From an uncultured Planctomycetota bacterium (GTDB lineage Bacteria; Planctomycetota; Planctomycetia; Isosphaerales; Isosphaeraceae): a stretch of DNA of 64,000 nt. The position numbers were made by a program, and so were the translations under genes. The notes under the pieces were generated by a model. The model worked only from the letters and a program-made list of their open reading frames with translations, was not told the origin of the DNA and made no database searches. Positions 36,332-45,571 of this stretch are shown here, one piece after another (position 1 is the stretch's first letter; each line of letters begins with the position of its first letter). Location of the stretch: positions 1,952,001-2,016,000 of the forward strand of contig CAWGMQ010000004.1 in assembly GCA_963823665.1 (NCBI GenBank), given 5' to 3'.

Positions 36332-36411
36332 GACATGACTCCAACACCGTCGACTAGCACCGCCGGCACCCGGCTTGTAGCCAGGCTAGAGCGCCTCCGC
36401 GCAGCATCAAG

Positions 36412-37020
36412 CTACCGCGCCTTCGAGCTGTCGGAAACCGTGAACGAGTCGAAGAACGTCCAGATATCAGCCGCGCGGTTCCGACGCTTCGCGTGCTTGA
36501 TCTGCAGCAAGTACATCCGGCCCCCGACGGCATAAAGCCGGCTCGTGTATACGTCGGCCGAATCCTCAATGACTGACGCCAGTCCAGGCCAGTCCTTGTC
36601 GTCCTTCCGGATCGAGACCTTCTCTTCGCTCATTAGACTCCCCTTGATGTCCTGGACGCTCATATCGCGGTTCTTCCTCATCGTCGCCTCGACCACCGCC
36701 GGCGAGAGAGAGCGCGCAGGCGGGTCGAAGTACGTCACCACGTAGCTGACTCCGTCATGCTCGCACGAGACAATGTGAACCGTGAATATGGTCCCAGTGA
36801 CTTGAAGCTTCTTCGGCAGGAGCACCGAGTAGCCGCCATCCGCCGACTTGTAAGGCGCCCAGCCCGATTGGTGCTTCGGGACCGGAACAGATGCTTCGGA
36901 TTGTGCAGCCACACGACTTCCCGCGGCGGGCTGGGATGGCGCAGTCTCGGCCCCTCCGCCGCAGCCAGAAAGTGTCAGGATTCCCACGACAATTGTCCAT
37001 GTGCGAGTGGCCATCATCAA
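36412..37020 (-). CDS. Hypothetical lipoprotein
   Basis: Lipobox LSGC after a hydrophobic stretch; GYSVLLP...FFDSF. Confidence 0.75.
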   Translation of the reverse strand: MMMATRTWTIVVGILTLSGCGGGAETAPSQPAAGSRVAAQSEASVPVPKHQSGWAPYKSADGGYSVLLPKKLQVTGTIFTVHIVSCEHDGVSYVVTYFDPPARSLSPAVVEATMRKNRDMSVQDIKGSLMSEEKVSIRKDDKDWPGLASVIEDSADVYTSRLYAVGGRMYLLQIKHAKRRNRAADIWTFFDSFTVSDSSKAR

Positions 37021-37221
37021 GCCTCAGCAGAGTGCGTTGTGCGCCTCGGGGCCGACCATGGGACACCATCGTGCAGCGCTCGGGCACGTGCTGCGTCACT
37101 TTGAAGTAAGCCGCAAGCGCCCAGACTTCCCCGATCGTAGCCGCCAAGCCGTTCCCTGTCATCTGACGTCCGGCCAAGGGCGCCTCGTCGCGCGCCGGCA
37201 TCTTCAGCCGCGTGCAGCACA

Positions 37222-37316
37222 CGCTCAATGAAGAGCCCTGTGGTGTTGCGGCTCATGATGAAGGCCCAGTTGCTGCCACGCCCACCGCTCTTCGGGCAAG
37301 CCACTCGCCAAATGTA
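37222..37316 (-). repeat. Diverged copy of 37836-37926 (3' end of a DUF2442 gene plus flank)
   Basis: cttcgggcaa.ccactcgccaaatg shared; translates FGEWLARRAVGVAATGPSS* versus FGEWIARRTVGEVASGSS*. Confidence 0.75.
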
Positions 37317-37413
37317 ACAGAGCGTCCCACAGCCGATCCGGTTCGCCACGCGCGATGGACACAAAAGACCATCCGTGTTAGCGTTAACAGAGCCATACTT
37401 GATGGAGTACCCG

Positions 37414-37701
37414 ATGCCCAGCATCAACCTGCTCGAGGACACGTTCCGGCGGCTCGCTGAACGAGCAGCCGCTAATAACATCTCTGTTGACGACTTCGTT
37501 ACGTCCGTCCTAGATCGGCTCGCCGAGGTCGGCAGGTCCGCGCCTGAACCCCCAATCCCGCTCATCGGCGACGCCTGGCAGGCCGAGCTGGAAGCGTGGA
37601 AACGGGATGCGGAGAGCCGGGCCGGACGATACCCTCCGGGATTCGTCCTGGACGACAGCCGCGAAACGATCTACCGCGAGCGGGAAGACGCGCAGCTTTG
37701 A
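37414..37701 (+). CDS. Putative type II antitoxin (RHH-like N-terminus)
   Basis: GGAG upstream; RRLAERAAANNISVDDFV; DDSRETIY tail; TTGA overlap with the PIN gene. Confidence 0.7.
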   Translation: MPSINLLEDTFRRLAERAAANNISVDDFVTSVLDRLAEVGRSAPEPPIPLIGDAWQAELEAWKRDAESRAGRYPPGFVLDDSRETIYREREDAQL

Positions 37702-37820
37702 TCCTAATCGACACCAACATCCTGCTTCGTTACGCCAGAACCGCAGACCCGGACTTCCCTACGGTGGACGCATCCGTCAACACGCTACACGCCAACGGTG
37801 AGGTGCTCTGCGTCGTTCCT
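37698..37820 (+). pseudogene. Truncated PIN-domain (VapC) toxin
   Basis: MILIDTNILLRY start; similarity ends after GEVLCVVP (about 41 codons). Confidence 0.75.
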
Positions 37821-37866
37821 AAGGCAAACCGACCTCGCTCAATAAAAAGCCATGTGGCGTTTCGGC

Positions 37867-38190
37867 TCATGAAGACCCGGATGCCACCTCGCCCACGGTC
37901 CTTCGGGCAATCCACTCGCCAAATGACCGTTGGCTTTCACCCGATGGTTTTCCCGTGAGGAGGTTTTCCACGCTTATATCCTCGTCCACGTCCAGCCAGT
38001 GAATTCCACGGCCTTGACCAATCAGTCTCCACCTGCCTCCTTCCTCGACCGTGCCGTGAAGCAGTCGGGGATACCACGCCAGTGGCGCGGAAATCGTCCG
38101 CCCGTCGCTGAGCTCGACCGTTAACGTGTCGTCGGTGACCGCCACCTGTGTGGCCGCAACTGTGGCGGCCTCAGCCGCTGAAGTACTCAT
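37867..38190 (-). CDS. DUF2442 family protein
   Basis: LTVELSDGRTISAPLAWYPRLLH...GIHWLDVDEDISV. Confidence 0.9.
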   Translation of the reverse strand: MSTSAAEAATVAATQVAVTDDTLTVELSDGRTISAPLAWYPRLLHGTVEEGGRWRLIGQGRGIHWLDVDEDISVENLLTGKPSGESQRSFGEWIARRTVGEVASGSS

Positions 38191-38407
38191 GCCATTCGTC
38201 CAGCAGAAACTGCTGGTTCTCCTCGATAATTGCTTGAATCTGATTGATCTCCTTGCGGGCAAACCCACGGCTCCGCTCGAGACGGACGGGGTCGAGCCAG
38301 AACTTTGCCTTACTGTCATCGCGCTCGAGGTGAACATGCACAGGTTCGTCCCGGTCACCAGCGTAGAAAAAGAACCGATACGGTCCGCTGCGCAAGATCG
38401 TCGGCTT
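38171..38407 (-). CDS. DUF4160 family protein; expected ATG appears as AAG
   Basis: (K)PTILRSGPYRFFFY...EPVHVH...AKFWLDP...WHEYF; overlaps the DUF2442 gene. Confidence 0.85.
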   Translation of the reverse strand, partial: KPTILRSGPYRFFFYAGDRDEPVHVHLERDDSKAKFWLDPVRLERSRGFARKEINQIQAIIEENQQFLLDEWHEYFSG

Positions 38408-38629
38408 GGTCTCAGACTATCAAATCAACGGGTTCGAGACAAATTGGTGAGCCGCATCCGCCTGATTAACGTGTCGGGTCCCTTCAGCCCCACGAGACCC
38501 GCCCGTTTTCTCCCGTCCCACAAACTGCCCACTGCCTACTTCCTGCCCCCTGTTGATAGAATATCCGTCTACTACCTGCATGTCGTGCGGGTTTGTTGAG
38601 AACGAACATTTCAGCTACAGCCCGGGAGG

Positions 38630-39940
38630 TTGCTTGTGCGCATCTCGAACATTTCTGCCGCGGCCTTCTGCGGCAGCCTGCTCGCCTTCGCAGGTTGCAT
38701 CGGCCAGTCTGAAACGCCACCCGTCGATCAACTGGCGGAGCTCGAGCGCGGCACGCTGATCATCGCGGGGGCAGACGCGCCCAAACGCGCCCAGCAGGCC
38801 TTGATCGAGGCAAAGGCAGGCGATGTCATCGAGTTCGGCGAGGGCCGATTCGAGTTCAAGAGCACCTTGTCGCTCGACGTCAGCGGCGTGACGATTCGCG
38901 GACAGGGTCCGGACAAAACGATCCTCAGCTTCAAGGATCAAGGGCAGGGCACCGGCGGCGAAGGGCTGCTTATCACCAGCAAGCAGAATGTCATCCTCGA
39001 GAACCTCGCCGTCGAAGATGCCCGTGGCGATGCCATCAAGGCCAACGGCACCCAGAAGATCACCTTCCGCAAGATCCGCACCGAGTGGACCGGCGGCCCC
39101 AAGGAAACCAACGGCGGCTATGGAATCTACCCCGTGCTCTGCACCAGCGTGGTGATCGAAGACTGCAAGGTCGCGGGCGCCTCCGACGCTGGCATCTATG
39201 TCGGCCAGTCGCAAGACATCATCGTCCGCCGCAACACCGTTCAGCAGAACGTCGCCGGTATCGAGATCGAAAACTGCAACCGGGCCGACGTCTACGAGAA
39301 CATGGCGACCGACAACTCCGGCGGAATCCTGGTCTTCACCATGCCCGACCTGCCCACCAAGGACGGCAAGAACTGCCGGGTCTATAACAACAAAGTGATC
39401 GCCAACAACCACGTGAACTTCGCACCCAAGGGCAACATGGTCGCCGCGGTTCCACCCGGCACCGGCATCATGATCATGGCCAACAAGGAGGTCGAGGTCT
39501 TCGACAACACCATCGAGAAGAACCAGACAACCGGTCTCTCGGTCGTGAGCTACCTCCTTACGGACAAGCCGCTGAATGACCCCAAATATGACCCATTCTG
39601 CGATTCAATCTACATTCACAACAATCAATTCTCAGATAACGGCGGCAAGCCCTCCGGCGCCATTGGTGAGATGCTCGCAAAAGCCCTGGGAAGCCCGCTG
39701 CCGGATATCCTGTATGACGGCATCATCGACCCCAAGAAACAGGTCGACGGAAAGCTGCCCGAGGCACTGGCCCTGCGCATCAAGGATAACGGCAAAGCCG
39801 GGTTCGCCAACTTCGACGCAATGGGTCTCAAGGCCGCCGGCGAGGGAAAGGGAAAGCAGCCGAATATCGTGCGCGATGTAAAGGCATATGAAGGATCGCG
39901 GCCTGCCCTCGCACCCGTATCGATCGAGGGATTGAAGTGA
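38630..39940 (+). CDS. Parallel beta-helix repeat lipoprotein (partner of SO2930-type cytochrome)
   Basis: FAGC lipobox, GYGIYPV, GASDAGIYVGQS, NVAGIEIEN, GGILVFTMPDLP, NFAPKGN..VPPGTG. Confidence 0.85.
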   Translation: MLVRISNISAAAFCGSLLAFAGCIGQSETPPVDQLAELERGTLIIAGADAPKRAQQALIEAKAGDVIEFGEGRFEFKSTLSLDVSGVTIRGQGPDKTILSFKDQGQGTGGEGLLITSKQNVILENLAVEDARGDAIKANGTQKITFRKIRTEWTGGPKETNGGYGIYPVLCTSVVIEDCKVAGASDAGIYVGQSQDIIVRRNTVQQNVAGIEIENCNRADVYENMATDNSGGILVFTMPDLPTKDGKNCRVYNNKVIANNHVNFAPKGNMVAAVPPGTGIMIMANKEVEVFDNTIEKNQTTGLSVVSYLLTDKPLNDPKYDPFCDSIYIHNNQFSDNGGKPSGAIGEMLAKALGSPLPDILYDGIIDPKKQVDGKLPEALALRIKDNGKAGFANFDAMGLKAAGEGKGKQPNIVRDVKAYEGSRPALAPVSIEGLK

Positions 39941-41048
39941 TCTGTTGCAAGAACACGCGACCCGCTCGTCACCTTCTCCTCAGCGCGCTGGCGGCCTGCG
40001 TGGCCGCCGCGCCGCTGGCCTTGGCCGGATGCGGTTCCTCGCAGCCGCAAAATGCGATTGTCGCCCCGCCGATTCGATTTCAGAAGATTTCACAGTACGC
40101 GACTTTTCGCCGGTGACCCGGCCGCGCAGCAACCGGCTCAGGCCGTGATCCCCTACGACATCAATTCGGCTCTCTTCAGCGACTACGCCGAAAAGTTTCG
40201 ATTCATCAAGCTGCCCGCCGGTTCGAGCGCGGCGTACCGATCCGACGGCGTCTTTGACTTCCCCGTGGGTACCGTGATCGCCAAGACGTTCGCCTACCCG
40301 CGCGATGCCCGCGACCCTTCCCAGGGCCGACGGTTAATCGAAACCCGGATCTTGAAGCATGAGCCCGACGGCTGGGTCGGCCTTCCCTACGTCTGGAACG
40401 AGGCACAATCCGAGGCAACGCTCGACGTGGCTGGTGACACCGTCAATGTGAGTTGGGTCCACACCGACGGAGCAGCCCAGAACCAACAACTACATCATCC
40501 CGAATTCCAACCAGTGCAAAGGTTGCCACAAGGCCGGCGATAAGATGTTGCCGATCGGCCCGAAGGCTCGCCATTTGAATCGTGATTTCGCTTATGAAGC
40601 TGGCAAGGAAAATCAGCTCGCGCACTGGAGCCGCTCGGGAGCCCTGGCCGGGGCACCTGCGCCCGAGCACGCCCCTCGACTTGCAGTGTGGGATGACCCG
40701 AAGACCGGTTCCTCGGCGCCCGCGCTCGCGCCTGGCTCGAGATCAACTGTGCCCATTGCCACAGTCCCGAAGGGCCCGCGCGCAACTCGGGCCTCGACCT
40801 GCTCGCCTCGCAACAGAATCCCACGTCCTTTGGCATCTTCGAAGCCGCCCGTGGCCGCCGGTATCGGCTCGGGCGGACTGCCCTACGACATCGTTCCGGG
40901 CAAACCCGATCAATCGATCCTGGCCTTCCGCATCGCCTCGACGCATCCCGGCATCATGATGCCCGAGCTGGGAAAACGCATGGTGCACACCGAAGGTGTG
41001 GCACTCGTGCGCGAATGGATCGCCAATATGGCACCACTCGCGCGCTGA
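39937..41048 (+). CDS. SO2930-family diheme c-type cytochrome lipoprotein, several frameshifts (near 40098, 40477, 40712, 40840)
   Basis: LAGC, LFSDYAEKFRF, FPVGTVIAKTF, IETRIL, NQCKGCH, PIGPKARHLN, NCAHCH, MMPELG; GTGA overlap with the upstream gene. Confidence 0.8.
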
Positions 41049-41064
41049 AATCCGCGAAACGCCG

Positions 41065-41304
41065 CCGCCAGGCGTCCGAGTTTTCGAGCCGCGTACGCGG
41101 CGGCATCGTACAGCCTGGGGCGCGAGCCTCAGGTATCGGCGGCCGAACAGCCCTCGTAGAGGACCGCCAGGCATCCGAGTTTTCGAGCCGCGTACGCGGC
41201 GGCATCGTACAGCCTGGGGCGCGAGCCCCAGGTATCGGCAGGCAACGAGCCCAACGCTTTCTTTTTCTTCCTCCCAGCCCTCGAAGAGGGCGACATCTCC
41301 CTGG
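41065..41304. repeat. REP/REPIN-like doublet: two 76-bp direct repeats with 99-bp period, plus a trailing hairpin
   Basis: Copies at 41065-41140 and 41164-41239 differ at 2 positions; each has the palindrome gccgcgtacgcggc and the hairpin cctggggcgcgagccYcagg; gccctcgaagagggc follows. Confidence 0.85.
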
Positions 41305-41456
41305 CTCGCTCGGACTGAACGCGCCAGGAGATATCCGCGCGGGATCGTCCAAGGCCATCAGGAATTCGCTTGACGCACCGAGAGACGCGATCGAGACTCA
41401 AGGAGGCAGATTGACCGTACCGCGGTGAGTCAGGCTCTCAGAATCACGGGTGTACC

Positions 41457-42512
41457 ATGCATTCTCGCGGGATCATGTTGTGGCTGTTGATTCTCCCGGC
41501 GCCCCTGACTGTGTTCGGATCCGAGCAGGAGAAGACCCCTCCCGCCAAGCCGCGCCAGCACCTGCTCACAATCGAAGGCGAGAATAACGTCACGTTCGTT
41601 CCGGCGGCGGGCCTCAATCCGGCAACCGTTGAGTATCGAGCCCGGATTGAATACCTCGTCAAGACGCGAAGCGGTCAAGAAATTGAGGCGGAAGCCAAGT
41701 CAACCAGCAAAAAGAAAACCCGAAGCAAGCCGGCGCGAACAGCGAAAAAGACCAAGAAAGCCGACGCGGATGACGAGCCCTCGCCAACCGTTGCCTCTAC
41801 CGTTGATATCGCGATCCATTCCGCCGAAATGGACTTCCTTCAAAACGGCCAGACGGTGGTTCAATCGCGGATCACCCGCGCCGGGTTTCAGGGACGGCTC
41901 ATGCCCGATGCGCCGGTGTTGAGCGTCGATTACAGAAACGCCCCCCCGCCGCTGCAGGACTTGCTCAAACGTTTCGACGTCACGGCCGCCTCCGTACTGC
42001 TGGATGATCGCGCCCGGGTCCTGCAGCGTCAGGTCCGCCTCCAGGGCCCGCTGCACGCGATCACCGAGACGCTCCTGTCAATTCACACGCCGATCCCCAC
42101 CGACGCCGCCTTCTGGGAAGCTCCCACCCAGCTCGCGATGGGCCACAACCAAACCGCCAAGGGTGTGCTACGCTTCGAAAAGGTCAAGTCAAGCAGCACG
42201 CTCCCCGGTGGCCTGGTTCAAGTGAAGGTCTCGGGCATGCTCAAGGCCGAAGGTGCAATCGTGGGCAATTTCATCAAGGACGGCCGCTACGTGGTCACCG
42301 GCGAGCAGCACTACGACCCCAAATCCCGCGAATGGCGCAATGCGCACTGGTCAGTCGACGTGACGAGCGACCTGGCCAACGCCGCTGGTGTAACGATCGC
42401 CCACGCGAAAGGGAAAATGATGGTCGACTCGAAAATGTCCGGGGATGCACCGCCAGCGGCCGTCCAGAAACACTCGGATCGCCCGAATGCCTCCGAAGCC
42501 GTGAACGAGTAG
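41457..42512 (+). CDS. Secreted hypothetical protein
   Basis: Signal peptide, Lys-rich insert, beta-rich body. Confidence 0.7.
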   Translation: MHSRGIMLWLLILPAPLTVFGSEQEKTPPAKPRQHLLTIEGENNVTFVPAAGLNPATVEYRARIEYLVKTRSGQEIEAEAKSTSKKKTRSKPARTAKKTKKADADDEPSPTVASTVDIAIHSAEMDFLQNGQTVVQSRITRAGFQGRLMPDAPVLSVDYRNAPPPLQDLLKRFDVTAASVLLDDRARVLQRQVRLQGPLHAITETLLSIHTPIPTDAAFWEAPTQLAMGHNQTAKGVLRFEKVKSSSTLPGGLVQVKVSGMLKAEGAIVGNFIKDGRYVVTGEQHYDPKSREWRNAHWSVDVTSDLANAAGVTIAHAKGKMMVDSKMSGDAPPAAVQKHSDRPNASEAVNE

Positions 42513-42718
42513 GATGGAAGTTGAGTCGCCCTAAAGCCAGTCCGCCGCTGACCCTTCACATAAAACGCGCGCCGAGCCCGTGTAAAGCACGTTGGGAAGC
42601 CTCCACATGCCCTTGCCGCACCCCTTTTCTGCGGGTAGCTTAAATAGATCGAAGTGTCGTAACGACGACTGCACCACCACCGTTTTCCAGCCCAATTCCG
42701 CCAATGCCCTGAGACCCA

Positions 42719-43453
42719 ATGAGGCCAACCCCGCAACTGCCGACGCTGGAAGTCTATATGCTGGGGCTGGTCGACTTTCTTGAGGTCCAGCAACTTCAGC
42801 GGCGCATCGTCTACGACCTGGGAGAGCAGGGGGGCGCCGCCCTCATTTTGTGCGAGCATCCTCCGACGATCAGCGTCGGCCGGGCTGGCAGCCGGGCCCA
42901 TATCGGGCCCGATGACGACACGCTCCGCTCGCTCGGCATCAAGGTCCACTGGGTTAACCGCGGCGGCGGTTGCGTATTCCACCTTCCCGGGCAGCTCACA
43001 GCCTATTTTGCCCTGCCCCTCGAACCGGTCGGGCTGTCTGTCGGTGAATACGTCGATCGCCTGCACATGACCATCGTGCTCGTTCTCGAGGAATTCAACC
43101 TCACCGGGACATTTCGCCCCGGTGTCCCCGGCGTGTTTTCAGGACACGCACGCATCGCCACCGTCGGCGTCGCCGTTAACCGCTGGATCGCCTACCACGG
43201 CCTGACCATCAACGTCGGCCCGTATCTCGAGCTTTTTGACGTGCTGGACGAGCCGCCGAACGGCCACGCACCCATCCGCCACACCTCCATGGAAGCCCGC
43301 CGCCAGCGGCACACCGCCATGGCCAAGGTTCGGGAGGCCCTGATACGCAGGCTCGAAGAGGTTTTCGGCCTCGAGCGTCACCACATTTACACCAAGCACC
43401 CGATGGTCCGCGGCAAGGTCTTTTCGCATGTCTATGCCCCCGCACCCGGGTAA
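42719..43453 (+). CDS. lipB: Lipoyl(octanoyl) transferase LipB-like protein, divergent active site
   Basis: LCEHPPTISVGR, NRGGGCVFHLPGQL, YHGLTINV; adjacent to lipA. Confidence 0.8.
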   Translation: MRPTPQLPTLEVYMLGLVDFLEVQQLQRRIVYDLGEQGGAALILCEHPPTISVGRAGSRAHIGPDDDTLRSLGIKVHWVNRGGGCVFHLPGQLTAYFALPLEPVGLSVGEYVDRLHMTIVLVLEEFNLTGTFRPGVPGVFSGHARIATVGVAVNRWIAYHGLTINVGPYLELFDVLDEPPNGHAPIRHTSMEARRQRHTAMAKVREALIRRLEEVFGLERHHIYTKHPMVRGKVFSHVYAPAPG

Positions 43454-44412
43454 CGATCACCACCCGGTCTCGTTGCCGAGCCTTACCGTACTGGGCGACG
43501 ACGACTCCGTACGAGGCAAACCCGCCGGCCTGGCTGGCGCGCCGCCTGAGCCCGCCGCTCGCGCGCCGGCTGCCGGAATGGCTCAAGCGGCCGATTCCAG
43601 TCGCAGGCGGGATGTCGTTCACCCGCAGCCTGGTCGCCGAGCTGGGGCTCGAAACGGTCTGCGAAAGCGCGAAATGCCCGAATCGCTCCGAATGCTGGAC
43701 CAGGCGCACCGCCACCTTCATGATCCTGGGAAGCGTCTGCACCAGGCCCTGCGGCTTTTGTTCCGTTGATCGCGGCCATCCGGATGCCGTCGCTATCGAC
43801 GAGCCCGATCGCCTGGCCGAAGCCTGCCATCGCCTGGGCCTGCGCCATGTCGTCATCACATCGGTCACCCGCGATGATCTCCCCGACGGCGGCGCCGAGC
43901 ACTTCCGTCGCTGCGTCTTGGCCGTGCGCGAGCGTACTGGAGCCACGATCGAAGTACTCACCCCCGACTTCGACGGTCGGCCCGAATCGATCGATGTCGT
44001 GCTGGAAGCCCGTCCCGAGGTCTTCAATCACAACATGGAGACGTGTGCCAGGCTCCAGCAGCACGTGCGCCGCAAGAGCCAGTACGCCGTGAGCCTGGCT
44101 GTCCTTGAGCACGCCAAGAAGGCAGGTACACGGCACGGAGTGAAAACCAAGAGCGGCATCATGCTCGGTCTGGGTGAGACAATCGACGAACTCTTCGAGA
44201 CCCTCGCCGATCTGCGCTCGATCGGCTGCGATTTCCTCACGCTCGGCCAATATCTCCAGCCGTCGCCAAGACATCTTCCCGTTGTCCGCTACGTTCCGCC
44301 TGATGAGTTCGACGAGCTCGGAAGGCTTGCTCTGAAGCTCGGCTTCGCTGACGTCGCCAGCGGGCCGTTCGTCCGCTCGAGTTATCATGCGGATCGGATG
44401 GCTGCCGGTTAG
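43428..44412 (+). CDS. lipA: Lipoyl synthase, frameshift near 43555
   Basis: RLPEWLKR, VCESAKCPNRSECW, CTRPCGFC, VFNHNMET, KSGIMLGLGE, GQYLQPS, VRSSYHA. Confidence 0.96.
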
Positions 44413-44587
44413 AGCGGTGAAACGCCTGAAGAAACGCCTCCTGCGCAGCGTCGGCCGCTACGTGGTCATCCCTCAAGACCCGCCGGGCGGTCGCCCAGAC
44501 TGCGCGCTCGTACCGCGAAACCAAGGCGGCAAACGCCTCCCGGTAACCACCGAGCACAGCCCCGACGATCTCCGCATCCGCGTGCAT
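44413..44587 (-). pseudogene. ECF sigma factor N-terminal fragment (region 2 only)
   Basis: DAEIVGAVLGG.REAFAALVSRYERAVWATARRVLRDDHVAADAAQEAFLQAF, then runs into the lipA 3' end. Confidence 0.75.
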
Positions 44588-44744
44588 GCGCTTTCCTCTC
44601 CTCGCTGCCATATACAACTAAAGAGAGGCGCCGTCTCAGCAAAATGCGACCGGAATCTCAGGGCATGCAGGTTTTCACGAGCGGACAAGCCGTGTCCCTG
44701 TTTCCCCTTGCTTCCGGAAATGCATAATAAACCGAGAGCTTAGC

Positions 44745-45559
44745 ATGCCTCGACGACCCTGGGGCAGGAGCCGGGTCTTGGAAAAGCCGGAAACCATTAA
44801 GACCGTGTCGAAAGACACATTCTTCAAGGTTGTCTTTCTGACGATCGCCGGCGTCGTTTCGGCCGACCTTTTAGTCTGGCGCTGGTCCTGAAGCTGATGA
44901 TCCCGCCGCCGCACGGCCCTTTTTCACATTTTTTTAGTTACGCATCCACACTGTTGCTGGTCAATTCCTGCATTTCGGTGCTCGCTGTTGATCGCTTTTT
45001 CAAGAAGCTTGGCTCGTCTAGGAGCGGAGATTCGGTCGAGACTCGCGAGCGAGCTTTCGGAACGTCCGAGGCCTTCGCGGCTGACGGTGAGGTTGTCGAG
45101 TTCGTGCTCGAGCGTTCAACTTTCAAGTCGAGATTACGTACACTCGTACTGGCCTTCCCTTGCTCCCTTTTCTTGATTTACGGGTTTCCGAATGATCCAG
45201 CGTGGATGCTGGTTGGATACGTCGGCGCTGCGTTCGTCATCGTGCAATTCATCCGACGACTGTTCGCCTGGGATGGTTGTGTTGTACGGGTCGATGAGCG
45301 TGGCGTCTTCGGCTTTCCGTCGCGATTCGCACTGCGACGCGCGCTGGTACCATGGTCCGAGATCGCAACTTGCGATATCGTCACGCGCCATGACACATTT
45401 GGGGCTCCGTACCTCATCGTGCCGGTTTTCAGAGATGAGTTCGGCGGGAAGCTAATCAGCGTCGACCTCCAGGACGCTCCCATGGAGTACCAGGAGCGGC
45501 TCGTGAAAGACATCAAGGCGCGGTTGCCGAAGGCGAGGATCGAACTCGGCGAGGATTGA
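44745..45559 (+). CDS. Hypothetical membrane protein (PH-like C-terminus), probable frameshift near 44880
   Basis: TM helices; VVRVDERGV...LVPWSEI; upstream TM segment in another frame. Confidence 0.55.
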
Positions 45560-45571
45560 CGAATCCAGGGC

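Noticed and set aside
35317..38407. Integron cassette array (small co-oriented genes plus TA modules)
   Set aside because: No attC-like inverted repeats with RYYYAAC/GTTRRRY ends could be identified, and no integrase is present
41065..41239. CRISPR array
   Set aside because: Only two 76-bp units with a 23-bp spacer and no cas genes
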